A stretch of DNA of 59,949 bases, filler included, from Sphacelaria rigidula (lineage: Eukaryota): assembly GCA_964200075.2 (NCBI GenBank). It is 7 parts of 7 records of this genome, joined end to end, with 100 filler letters (N's around TTAATTAATTAA, not from the genome) between each part and the next. Parts side by side here need not be neighbours in the genome. Positions count along the whole stretch, not along the records: positions 42,895 to 51,372 come from CAXNAA020011013.1; positions 51,473 to 59,949 come from CAXNAA020011014.1; 5 more parts are not named here. The stretch is one strand, 5' to 3'. Made by a program: the position numbers and the translations under genes. Below the pieces are notes generated by a model that was not told the origin of the DNA, searched no databases, and worked only from the letters and a program-made list of their open reading frames with translations. This document shows, piece by piece, positions 48,783 to 59,949 of the stretch. The first letter of the stretch is position 1, and every line of letters begins with the position of its first letter.

Positions 48783-49139
48783 ATGTCACTGTCCAAGGTG
48801 TGCAATATATGTGAAAGATATCATTGTTTTGTGTCACAACGTGAACATACCTCAGATAGGTTTTGGCAAAATAAATAAATTCAGGCTTTTGCTTTTTATG
48901 CACTTTCCCCCCCCCCCGAAAAAAAACAAATGACTACGCCTCCCAAAAAACTTATGCGTCTCGGTAAAAAAAGGGTCACTTTGAAGCGGAAACCCCGCCG
49001 CGGCGTTAAAATTACTTGATTTTAGAGTGAAAGACCGAAAAACAAGAATATAATTTATGCGAATTGTATGCACGCATGAAACAAGCAAAAACCTAAGAAA
49101 AGTGCACCCCTAAAGTAGTATGACTCCGTAGAGTGATCC

Positions 49140-49600
49140 CGCGATAGCCCCCCCCCCCTAACTCACCCGGCACGCCTGCTCCGTCTTGGAGGGATACGTC
49201 AATGGTCAAACGACTAATAGATTGATTTGATTGATTGGTTGATTGTCGCACTTTAACTGACCCCCCAGGGATCCGCCCGTGGTCACATGATACGCGTAAC
49301 ACAAAATGGTAACACAAAACGGTAACATTCGCTGAAGAGAAGACGGAACAGAAAAAGTCGAACAGAACGACATAGTAAACGAAGACTAAAAAAAAAGAAG
49401 TAGGGAAGCAACAAATGAGTACGTCCTCCCCAATCCGGTGCCAAAACTGTCACGAAGAAGATGATCACATAGCGCATGACAACTGCTCTCGGAATGTGCA
49501 TGAAACGCGTCATATGGGCGACGTGGCGCAAAACGATCCCGAGCGCGGGAGTTTCCCGGCTGCTCGATGTGCTCGGCTTCTGTCATTTTGATTCGCATGT
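49140..49600. mobile_element. Three-level nest: MITE A > C-tailed LINE fragment > (AATC)-tailed element
   Basis: TIR-like CGATAG-C11 at 49142-49158, LINE end split into 49177-49217 and 49401-49423, (AATC) element on the minus strand from 49218, and MITE A body resuming at ~49430. Confidence 0.7.
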
Positions 49601-49819
49601 ATACTCTGAATCGCCAACTCAGCCACGTTTATTTTTCATAATTTTTTATTCTTCAAAATTATTATTATTTCATTTTCTCATTATTTCAGTTTCTCATTAT
49701 TTCATTTTCTCATTATTTCATTTTTATTTATATTCATATTTATATTTTTATGGGAGGGGATGGACGGCTATGGCAGCATCACACTTTGTAGTAGCACCTG
49801 TAGTAGAGATATAAATTTA

Positions 49820-50959
49820 CAAGGTTGTGTTCTGTAAGGTATGGTTTTCTGTATACGTGGGGTATTTTTCCGCGTATGTACCGTACCCGACAGTTCTGTG
49901 ACTTCTGTAAGACTTTCATACCGGTACCCGACAGTTCTGTAATCTCTGTGGAACTTTAATACCCTTACCCGATAGTTCTGTAAGTTCAGTACAATACATT
50001 TACCCGAACCCGAAGAGCGGGTATACCCGAAAAGAGTTACCCGATAGCCGGTACCGGTTCTCTGTAAGCCTCCCATACCGTACCCGACAAGTTCTCGAAA
50101 GTCTGCAAGACTTTCATACCGGTACTCGACAGTTCTGTAAACTCGGTGAGACTTCCATATCGGTACCCGATATTTCTGTAAGCTCTGCAAGCTTCCTGTA
50201 CCCTTTAGGGTATACCCTTGCAGATATATACCCCGTTGCAGGTACGAGCACAGGTATATACCCTCAACAAGTATGGATATAGGTTCAATCAAAACATAAC
50301 CTTATGGCCCGAACATGTACCTCCCAGCTCCTACCACCACATCCTGCCCTCTCATTCATTTCAGCACCTCAAACAAAAAATCCAAGGTTGTGTTCTGGTA
50401 GGTATGGTTTTCTGTATACCCAGGGTATTTCTCCGGGTATGTATCGTACCCGACAGTTCTGTGACTTCTGTAAGACTTTCATACTGGTGCCCGACAGTTC
50501 TGTAATCTCTGTGAGACTTTCATACCCTTACCCGATAGTTCTGTAACTTCTATACAACACATTTACTCGAACCCGAAGAGCGGGTATACCCGAAAAGAGT
50601 TACCCGATTGCTCATACCGGTTCTCTGTAAGCCTCCCATACCATACCCGACAAGTTCTCTAAAGTCTGTAAGACTTTCACACCGGTACTCGACAGTTCTG
50701 TAAGTTCTGTACATAACACTTACCCGAACCCGAGTGGCGGGTATACCCGAAAAGAGTTATCCAACTGCCGGTATCAGTTCTCTGTAAGCCTCCCGTACTG
50801 TACCCGACAAGTTTTGTAAACTCTGTAAGACTTTCATACCGGTACCCGACAGTTCTGTAAACTCTGTGAGACTTCAATATCGGTACCCGACAATTCTGAA
50901 CTCTGTGCGGAATCTCATACCCTACAGTACGTATCCGTACGTTACAGAACACAACCTTG
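49820..50959. mobile_element. Non-autonomous hAT-like element (dimeric) full of TACCCGA subrepeats
   Basis: TIR CAAGGTTGTGTTCTG / CAGAACACAACCTTG, 8-bp flanks TAAATTTA / GAAATTTA, two related units (49820-50303 and 50383-50959), and many ~39-bp repeats with core GTACCCGACAGTTCTGT. Confidence 0.8.
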
Positions 50960-51086
50960 GAAATTTATATCCTAACAGCAAAAAAAGCGCAAAATTCAGA
51001 ACACTTTTTCGATCTCCAGAAGACGCGCTCTCTCATGTATGGTAGCGATCGTACTACTCTAGTACCACTTTTGTTTATCGGCTTAC

Positions 51087-51182
51087 CACGCGTCCCAGTT
51101 GAACGAACTGAGCTCCATAGCTTTTTCCGGGAATTTTCCGAGAAAGAATGCCTTGAATTCCTCGGAGTCGATCGTACCTCGC
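51087..51182 (-). CDS. LTA4H: LTA4H-like M1 aminopeptidase, upstream internal exon (RGTIDSEEFKAFFLGKFPEKAMELSSFNWDAW)
   Basis: Long pyrimidine tract plus TCAG acceptor, TG|GTAAG donor, phase compatible with exon 44154-44319. Intron is 6767 nt. Confidence 0.85.
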
Positions 51183-51301
51183 CTGACAGCACCATGGGAG
51201 ACGGGGAGGAGCAGTGCAACGAAGGACAGAAAACGACAGAGGAAGCGGAGACGAAAGAAAAACAAAACATAATAATGGGAGGAGGTAGAGGGGGGGGGGG
51301 G

Positions 51302-51372
51302 CGGACTCATTTGTTGCTTGCCTTAGTCGTTTGACCCTTGACCGCGCATCCCTCTCGAGACGGAGCACCCTT
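51302..51372 (-). mobile_element. C-tailed LINE 3' fragment at contig end
   Basis: G12 followed by CGGACTCATTTGTTGCTTGCCTTAGTCG... Confidence 0.88.
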
Positions 51373-53048
51373 NNNNNNNNNNNNNNNNNNNNNNNNNNNN
51401 NNNNNNNNNNNNNNNNTTAATTAATTAANNNNNNNNNNNNNNNNNNNNNNNNNNNNNNNNNNNNNNNNNNNNCGGTGCCGGTAGTCCATCTGGACCACGT
51501 GTACTTTTTTCAAGTGAATATTGATGCCGATTCAGCAGGTGACCTACTCTCGCGGTCTAACGGTTAACTCCCCCTGCGGAGCTTTGGGGAGGAAGATACT
51601 CTCGCTCTGTGTTACTATTCCGTATCTCCCCTGCAATGGAGAAGAAATGCGACTTCAACCCCATTTTAGTGTTGAACCCCAAAAATTAAAATCGGCTGTT
51701 AATTCGTGATTACCGCCCCACATCTAGCCCACAGACGTCACAATACGATGGACTTGCCTCCGACTACCCCCCCCATCTCGCGAAACGAGTGGTGAGCTTC
51801 CATCGGGTCACCGCTATACGATTGCGAAGGAGGTTGCGCTCGCTATTCCACCGGTTAAGACTAGGGTGCCCAAGGGCTCCCTGGGGCCAATTTGCGAACG
51901 CTACGATGTTGGTCCCGAGTACCCGACTAAATTGTGGAAAACCGCCCCAGAGCCCATATGGACGCTATCTAGGATGTCGACCTTTCCAAATAGCGCAAGG
52001 TCTAGACATCCGTCGCTCCTGACGCCCATCAAGGTGGCGGCGCTAAAGAAGGTCAAGAAACAGAATCAGCCATTTTTTGGCCGATTTGAAAGGGGCGAAA
52101 TACGGCCAGTTTTTGGCAGACTGATTCTTTTGCGCCCGACAGCGTGCTGCAAAAAACAAAATGTCGTTCTACCTCAAAAAACGGCGAAGGAATCGAAAAC
52201 AAAATCGAAAATCAGATCGGACAACGTTGACCCACGCGGCCTTTCGGCTACCCCCTTAAAACCCTCTATGATCGCCATTTTCATCTTCTCCAGGGTAAAG
52301 TGGCCCTCCCGAGGATAAAAATGCACTCTATAGGATATATCATACTCGGTTCCGGTCATGAAACGAATAATCTGGACGGAATCTGATGCTCCAGTGACTT
52401 CTGAGGTCTGAATTCCTCCAGAGTACCACAAATATGGTGCTCGGGAGCACGTGGTTTTCGTGAACAACCATTGAAGGGAAATATGAACAGCAGAAGGAAA
52501 TATGAGCATCATTCCTCTGGAGGAGGGACCGTCTATGGCCTTTAAGGCATTTGTTGCGACTTCGGAGGACATAGCCGTGCAGCATCCTCCAGCGTGTACA
52601 TTTACACTGTGTCCTAACTGCTTCCAGGGCACCTTCAGGACCATCACGCCAGAAACAATACCACCACAACAACCCTGCAGCAAAGAGCACGAGTTGGGTG
52701 CAGGGATATAGATATACACTGCAGTAGTTGGGTATGGTGCATGTCTTGTTGGTGGAAGTTGAAACGTGAGCATCTTCTCCCACGGTCGCGGAGTCGCGCG
52801 GTGTCGGAACCATGCGCGGGGTGGGGTGCGGGCAATAACCGGCGCTTTACTGCATACATATACCCATGGACAGTGCGCAGGCAGACAAAGCTGCGCACAC
52901 TGTTCAAGTCCTTTTCACGTCGCACTGTGAGCAGAAAACATACAAATAGTCCTGCGCTATCTGTACTGTACTCTGCCCGCTTCCCTTGCACGTTCAACTG
53001 ACTACATCGGAGCATGTCAGCATGCTGCAAGAGCGGGTGTCGTGATGT

Positions 53049-53298
53049 GACACTTTCTGCAATAGCCCCCCCCAAAAAACCAGCCAAACGTGTCTCGAAA
53101 AAAATGAGCATACAGCGCCTGATGTTTGGGTTCAGGCTGCATGAAGCGCCTCATGTTGGCAACACTGGCCAGGACGAAGCCAATCGTGAGAATTCCCAGC
53201 TGCTCGTTGTGCTCGGGCTTTTCCCTTTTCGATTTACGTGAAGATTTTGCCTCCCAAAACCATGCACGTTTTGGGGGAGGGCTATCGTAGAAAGTGTC
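53049..53298. mobile_element. MITE family A copy with exact 4-bp TSD ATGT
   Basis: TIRs GACACTTTCTGCAATAGCCCC / GGGCTATCGTAGAAAGTGTC; ATGT at 53045-53048 and 53299-53302. Confidence 0.9.
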
Positions 53299-54397
53299 AT
53301 GTATACTCAGTAGCTGACGGTATATATCACCCCGATGCACCCATGCAAAGTTACGGGCATCCACTTTGTTTAGCCACACGTGGGGCATGTGGCGCGCTAA
53401 CTCTGCAGTGTATTGCTCTGTACATATACAAGCACGATATGGTACTGTCCTGCACGGCATTGTACAGTTCAGTACAGCGCCAAACCATGCTTATTGTTGT
53501 GCACGTTACATCGTCATCAACGCACAGAATACACCGCGATCATAATATTTCGCGTGTTACTGAAAACAAAATGCTGTACTTTGATGTTGGAATGGTGAAC
53601 ACAAGACTACGGGGTTATCACACCCTGTGTGTATAGATATGTGAGGTTCATATAGGGTTCACACCATAACCACAAGCTAAAGCTCTTTAGCATGGCTGTG
53701 TGTGCATACGCTCGCAATCAGTGTATGGGATTTGAAACCAGCCTAGGCTGTTGAAGACTTCGATCTTTACCGCAATTGAAATATATAAAATGGTGCGCAA
53801 GAGGATAAGTTTTCAACGATTTCTTCTGTCTCTCGATTCTCATCCACTGATACGCGGTACGGTATGTGGAACTTGAACAGCAGAAGCTGCTCGCAAATAA
53901 GTTCTTTTCTGCCGAATTTTAGGTATTGGCGGGCAAAATGAGGTTTTGTTTCGAACAGCTTCTGGTGTACAAATATATCATGTTTGCCCGATTTCAATAC
54001 TTTGGAATCAGGATTTAATTCGGACAGCAGAGGCTGTGCAAATTCCAGATTTCCACAGCACTTGTGCCTCTAAAAACAATCCAGGGGTTTTAATATCGAC
54101 ACACAGACCTTAGAGGACCCCAACATTGAAAGTCCTCTAGAGCATTACGAGTACGGATACCCAACATCCTCTAGGGGGGATTTCAAAACGGACGGAACCG
54201 AGGATGACATTCGGAAATTTCTCTACGAGGTAGCCGAATGGCCGTGTGTGTAAGGGCTCGTATGAACATAACCGACCAGACTTATGGGACAGAGGAAGTA
54301 TGTATAACTGCGCTCGCACATGGGTATCACACAACCATAAAAAGGGTTCAACTAAAATCTCATACCGACGATGCATACAGTATGTTGGTACTACCAG

Positions 54398-54642
54398 GTC
54401 TTGGACTTGACGGATCTGATCCAAGCAAACAGAGGGCCTTTGGCGGAGCCGCTGATAGCCGCGGCAGGGACAGACGTGTCTCACTGGTTTTCTGCATCAC
54501 CGACGTCTCTCCAAAAAAAAGCCTCGATGGCGGGATCCCAGACCAAACAAGGAGAGGGACAGGAGAGGGTGATTACCGGGGAGCCTCGGACATTTGTTGA
54601 TCCGCAAACCGGGTTGATCGTTCCATACCTACCAATGGGAAG
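54398..54642 (+). CDS. CYB5D1: Cytochrome b5 domain-containing protein 1 (axonemal radial-spoke protein), internal exon
   Basis: CCAG acceptor, AG|GTGCGT donor. VLDLTDLIQANRGPLAEPLIAAAGTDVSHWF...FVDPQTG...YLPMGR matches the CYB5D1 motifs DLT, AGxDISHWF, DPxTG and PxGR. Confidence 0.85.
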
Positions 54643-54764
54643 GTGCGTACACGGGAAAGTATTTCCGACCGTTTCTCTGCGGTCGGCGAAAGAAACTCCG
54701 TGCGGATATACGCTGCTGCGTCATGTATCCCGCGGCTTGTCGCGTGAGACCGATGGGAATGGTA

Positions 54765-55104
54765 GACACTTACTACGATAGCCCCCCCAAAAAAACAAGA
54801 CGTCATGATTTTGAGAGGCGAAATTTTTAGGTAAATCGAAAAGGGAAAATCCCAGCACAACAAGTAGCTGGGAATTCCCACGCTGGGGTTCGTTGTAGCC
54901 AATGTTGCCAATATGGGGCGCTTCATGCAGCCTGAACCCGAACATCAGGCGCTGTATGGCCATTTATTTCGTGACACTTCTAACTGTTTTTTTTTTTCGG
55001 GGGGGGGGCGTACTCATTTGTTGCTTGCCTTAGTCATTTGACCATTGACCACGCATCCTTTTCTCTTTCTGTCTTTTTGGGGGGGGGGCATCTTGGAAAG
55101 TGTC
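54765..55104. mobile_element. MITE family A copy with exact TSD GGTA, carrying a C-tailed LINE fragment (55009-55060) in its right TIR G tract
   Basis: GGTA at 54761-54764 and 55105-55108; a T-run/G10 motif is duplicated either side of the insert. Confidence 0.88.
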
Positions 55105-55565
55105 GGTAAGGAGATCTCGCTGCTGATCATGGCGTCAATTATCATCACTATGCCATACTTGTTACCAGGGAAAGAATTCGTGTCAAAAGAGGGGGTAGGG
55201 TCGAGAGCAGGTTTACCAGGCACCTCCGTAGTGAGACCGGTCCTCTTTCCCCGAACAACTTATACGTATATCGCAATAGTGCCGTCATGGATCTTTCGCG
55301 GAGTTCACAACAATCGTTTCGCCAAATTGAGTGTTTAGCATTTGATCCCGAGCTAGTACCCAAAATCTCGGGAATTCTTATCCATTTATGGACTTGTGTT
55401 TCTTCGGGAATACTTTGCCGAGCCAGCTGAGGAGCGGTACGAATGAACGCTCGTAGCCGTGGAATGACTCCAATGTCTATGTTTACTACACTAGCCTGCA
55501 CTGCAGCCTCGTCAATCGGTAAAAATACAGACCTACAGATACCCGGAAATAGTTCATTCATGCCC

Positions 55566-57467
55566 GAAACAGTTATGGGCGCGCCTGACCCCCCAAAATG
55601 AGCCCAAAAAGTGTCACCGACCAAAAGCACGAACAGACCGGAGATCTCGTTCACCCCCTGATTATGCACGCCGTAAAATCCCCCCAAGTACTTGTGATTT
55701 GAGTGGGGTTTCCACTTGACGATTTCCCATTTTCGTTGTCCCGGGCTACGAACCACGGCGTGCCTAGGCTACTCAACGGTGTGTATTTTTCCTAGCTACA
55801 ATCTGGAAAGATTGTGGAACCAAAGGAGTTTTGTTGATCGAGAAAATCGCAAAAAACACATGTTTTTTCCACTTAAGTTGTTATCAAACTCGAATCCCGA
55901 TGAGTTAAAAAAAATAACCACCGAATTTGTAGCTGCCGTCTTGGCGCAGATGATGCAAAACATCGCATCCCAACCGATCGCCTTGGCGATGAGTAATGTG
56001 GGCAACCGTTTGGGCTACGGGCGCAAGCCAGCACCTCCAACCCTCGCCGGTTTTCACGACAGGCGAAAACGTCACCCCTGTCCAACGCCTCATAATAGAT
56101 TACACCCATGGATGACTCTTGATACTGCAGATGGTTGATACATCGCATGTGTGGAATGTTCGGCAGGTGTAGAATTTGAACTTTTGACCAAACCCCTGGA
56201 GGCTTCAGTGTGTGCGGATATTTACCCCCATCTGTCCATGGGTTGTGATAGTGGCAAGAGTAGCGCTCGTTCTCCTGCACCCGGTGCCATCACCACGCCA
56301 CCATAGATAGCGTAGCTTTGTATATCATCTCACCTGGCGGCAAGTGTGGACAAACTCTGAACTGAAGGAGAGAATAAAGTCACAGAGCATGCTAGAAGCA
56401 CAGCTCCCATGAAAAGATCCGGATTTCGGTGTTCACAATAAAATCAAGATGAATCAACTTACCCTCCCCAATGGTCAACTATACTGCGTCAAGGCGACAC
56501 AGAAGACAGCATAAAGTCGTCAGCCCACTTTTGCTGAAGCCACATGGCACCGGAGCCCCATTCATGTCTTTCAGTGCACCGACCCGTCCTAAGACACGCG
56601 TCCGTTGTATGGGCAGTGGTGGATGACGACCAACGGTTTGTCTTCATTCCCTCTTGAAACACAATATCCTCGGGGTCCGATGAAAATCATGCATATTCAT
56701 GAAATGAAAAGGCATACCCACGGAACAACAAATACGCTCGCATAGGGCGAGTCATTAATCCGCTAAAATTGTAGAACGATGAACATGACGAGGTAGTCGA
56801 CCAACATCCGCCCATCCTACATGACACACCCGGCGACTGTACTCCACTCTTCTGTGTAAGGGCCGTCCTCGTCGTAGTTCATCAGTACGTATGGTTCTGT
56901 CGCATATTGAGCATATGATCTGATTTTGCAAAAATAAATGGCTCAGCGTTCCCGTTTCAAGCGTTGGGCTACAAATGTTCATGGTTTATACTACTTGTTT
57001 TGAATGTGTACAACAAGAATCGGATTTCAAGTAGCACTGACAATTCCGTGGGCTCCTTGTATGAGCAGTACGTGTTTTCGTTGAAATCGGCGCCACAGGC
57101 GCAGATTTGGGGTCTACCAAGGCCTCACTTTGTTCAGAGAATGTGTGTACCGTCCTTGCTCGAGGGTTCTCAATGTGCGTTGGGTTGGATCAACCCAACT
57201 AGCCTCCTGGCATCCCAGCGTATCGCAAGCATGGACGAAAAGCTACCCAGTGGCATGCAACATTTGTGGAACAACAACGGAAGTAACGGTAGGGCTCTCT
57301 ATATGAATTTTGGATCCATGTCGTTCACTTCCGATGACGTTAGGCATATTTTACCCGATGAGCCTGAATAAGTCCCAAAAGTCGATCTGTTCGTGTCTTT
57401 TCGTGATTTCGGTCGGTGATACTTTCTTTGCCCAGTTTGGGGGGTCAGGCGCGCCCATAACAATTTC
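55566..57467. repeat. Pair of diverged inverted repeats (~55566-55650 and ~57380-57467)
   Basis: GTTATGGGCGCGCCTGACCCCC...TCACCGACC is present in opposite orientations about 1.75 kb apart. Confidence 0.65.
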
Positions 57468-57696
57468 AATGCGAAATGCCCCTTTCTGGCTTTATGCAAG
57501 GGCCTGTACCACCTTCGACAAAAATAGATCACCGCTGAGGCTTCTGATGTCCAAGAATAGGATCAGATCACGTGTAGCTGTACGCACATGGCATTGTTAC
57601 AGGTGAAACGGGGACACGAAATGAAAACCCAGTCAAGTTGGAGCGAGTCATAGAACTCACTCTCAATCAAATGCTCGACATCCAACCTGGCAAAAA

Positions 57697-58136
57697 CACG
57701 GGACCTTACAAATTGGGGATGGATCTCTTATTGGAGATGAGAAACCCGGAGAATTGAAATCTTCGTATCCACACCATATCTTCGAAATATTGTTTCCTTT
57801 CTTCACCCACTTATAGTTATTGACAACTGCTTCATGCCATTGAAATTTGGATTTCGATCACCGAAATGTTGGGATCCATGGTAAAAAACGAATTTCGGAA
57901 CCACTTTGGCGTTCGTTTGGACACCCGGAACTCCCCAAAATTGGTTCTCCACCTAGGACCCTAATATTTCGGTGATCGAAATCCAAATTTCTATGGCGTG
58001 TAGCACTTGCCAATAGCTACCAGTAGGTGAAGAAATGAAACAATATTTCGAAGATATGGTGTGGATACGAAAATTTCAATTCTCCGGGTTCCTCATCCCC
58101 AATAAAAGATCCATCCCCAATTTGTAAGATCTCGTG
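57697..58136. mobile_element. Long foldback MITE (family C), intact, ~440 bp
   Basis: About 190-bp inverted arms with CACG...CGTG termini. Confidence 0.9.
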
Positions 58137-58303
58137 TTCAAAAGGGTTGTTCTATGTGGAACCTACCCTTATTTCCGAAATGACTAGCACTACCATCTAT
58201 GAGAGCTTTGGCATGCATTCGCGGTTTCCGGTGCGAGCAGTTGGACCTGGGGGAGGACAAAAGCCTTAGCCTAACACCGACAACGACCACATGCGCAATA
58301 ATA

Positions 58304-58838
58304 CAGTACTGGGCGCCTGAACTAATCATTTTATAGTTTCTTCGTATTTTGCGATTCTCTTGGGCTCTTTTGCTTGCCACTGCTCGTCACATTGGGGATC
58401 TGAAGATACTTGTATTCGCTCCACGTTCCGAGAAGAAAAACACATGTGCTCAATAATTATTGTTTTACGGGCTGACCGGTCATCGGGGGTCCTGACACGT
58501 ATCAGTCCAGATTCTGACTCTCCGGTGTTTTCAGCCGATCGAGCCTGTCCCGATCGTATTTGTGAAGAAATGTACAGGCTTGTTCTCTTTTCATTTTTCG
58601 TACTCATTGCACTATAGCCGAAAATTGTGTCTCACAGTCAATGACACTCTCCTGATAAACGGGGTATGTATTCGTACCGCCCGATAAAATTAACTCACAT
58701 TAACTCGGGTATAAGGGGGGGTAAGACTATCTGATGTTTTCCCAAACTCCACCGACTTTAGCACTTTCGAGCTTTATCAAAGAGTAGTTGTGAGAAAAAC
58801 AAAATCTGAACAAAGCGTAGTTCAGGCGCCCAGTACTA
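58304..58838. mobile_element. Tc1/mariner-like MITE
   Basis: 20-bp TIR (C)AGTACTGGGCGCCTGAACTA / TAGTTCAGGCGCCCAGTACT, preceded by TA. Confidence 0.75.
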
Positions 58839-59273
58839 TCTATGGAAAAACGAAGGGTTTGTGAACTTTGATGGTTTTGTCCAAGAGCCCGCTACCTCCC
58901 GCACACGACGCACTTCACACCCTCAACGTAAAGGTGCCCTGAAAAGTTCTCGCATTGCCAAACTGCGAGGTGGCAGAATTTACCTTGCTCCCTTCTCGTG
59001 AGAAGCTGGAAGTAGATGTAGTGGAGATGAACTCTCCTTTGGAACACCCACGAGGAGCATCCATGCCGGCTTGTGGCAAATGACAGATTCTGATTACTTG
59101 TCCCGTATCGCGAAGGAACTAGGAATATGGAAACCACTCTGAGACCCGAGTGTGCTTGCCGGGGAAAACGTACACAAACCCAAGCTACCGTGCAATGATT
59201 TCAAATTCAATCCGCCGTCTGAGAAACAGTTACCTCAACCGGAAGCCACTTGTAGGTATCAGTACTGATTCCT

Positions 59274-59298
59274 CTACTACCGCTACTACTACTACTAC

Positions 59299-59391
<93 letters not shown>

Positions 59392-59418
59392 CACTACTGC
59401 TGCTGCTACTGCTGCTGC
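59274..59418. repeat. (ACT)n microsatellite grading into (GCT)n
   Basis: About 40 trinucleotide units; explains the poly-T/S/V ORFs in the track. Confidence 0.97.
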
Positions 59419-59949
59419 TTTGACAACGACGATGACGACGATGAAAGCTGTAAAGCGTGACCGGACCACGTGCTCTTTGGATCGAATCGGGGTTGAACCC
59501 TTCGGGAACCCTACCCTCCCGTTCCCGGTCCAGTCGCCTCATTGCTGTAAGCGCTGACGAAGAAAACAAAAGGAAAAGAAAAAATCCACAACAACTATTT
59601 TTACGGCGGAAGGCCACAGAAGAATCCACCGACATACGTCATGCTCGCAACAAAAATGTCACCCCGGTGCAGTCGGATTAGTTTTATTGAAGGAGGGGGC
59701 GCAATAAAGCAAGTGTGTTCAACTTCGTGCACACAGCAAAATCAGCACCGCGGTCTCTGAATTTCACAAAACAAAAATCGGCACCATCTGTACATTTTCT
59801 GTATATTGAGACACGTGTGGCGCTGAGGCACACGGTTATGTCGGTGACGCACCGCACTGGAGTATTGCCGTGTGTTCCGTGGCCCGTGGCGAAGGATAGA
59901 TAGTTTCATCTTTTGTATTATTGGAGAGTGCCTAGACTGAGTTGACCCT

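Noticed and set aside
49820-50959. CRISPR-like array of regularly spaced repeats
   Set aside because: The intervening sequences are themselves repeats of one another rather than unique spacers, the array is bounded by TIRs and an 8-bp duplication, there are no cas genes, and the context is eukaryotic.
52174-52813. Overlapping 199-aa and 157-aa minus-strand ORFs
   Set aside because: No recognisable domain, and the 3' part runs into repeat-like sequence. Cannot be supported as a gene without expression data.
59150-59635. Poly-Thr / poly-Ser / poly-Val ORFs
   Set aside because: These are translations of the (ACT)n microsatellite.

Overview
This is eukaryotic DNA, not one continuous locus. It is seven unrelated contigs of about 8.48 kb (1-8480, 8581-17059, 17160-25638, 25739-34216, 34317-42794, 42895-51372, 51473-59949), joined in descending size order by artificial 100-nt N/TTAATTAATTAA spacers. 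Gene content and structure point to a repeat-rich brown alga (Phaeophyceae; inference). Host genes appear as spliced exons: the plastid-division dynamin DRP5B/ARC5 (4 exons, with an N-terminal presequence), a PfkB sugar kinase (2 exons, GC-AG intron), a leukotriene A4 hydrolase-like M1 aminopeptidase (2 exons) and CYB5D1 (1 exon). The rest is dominated by transposable elements: a two-LTR chromodomain Ty3/gypsy element nested in an RTE LINE, other gypsy remnants, a tRNA-derived SINE family, several MITE families and several simple-repeat-tailed retroposon ends. The most striking signal is an APE-RT LINE whose 3' end abuts a C tract rather than an A tail. All 12 copies of its 3' end sit at C/G tracts, several have clear target-site duplications, three lie inside the G/C-tract TIRs of MITEs, and a short chimeric non-autonomous partner appears to share its 3' end.
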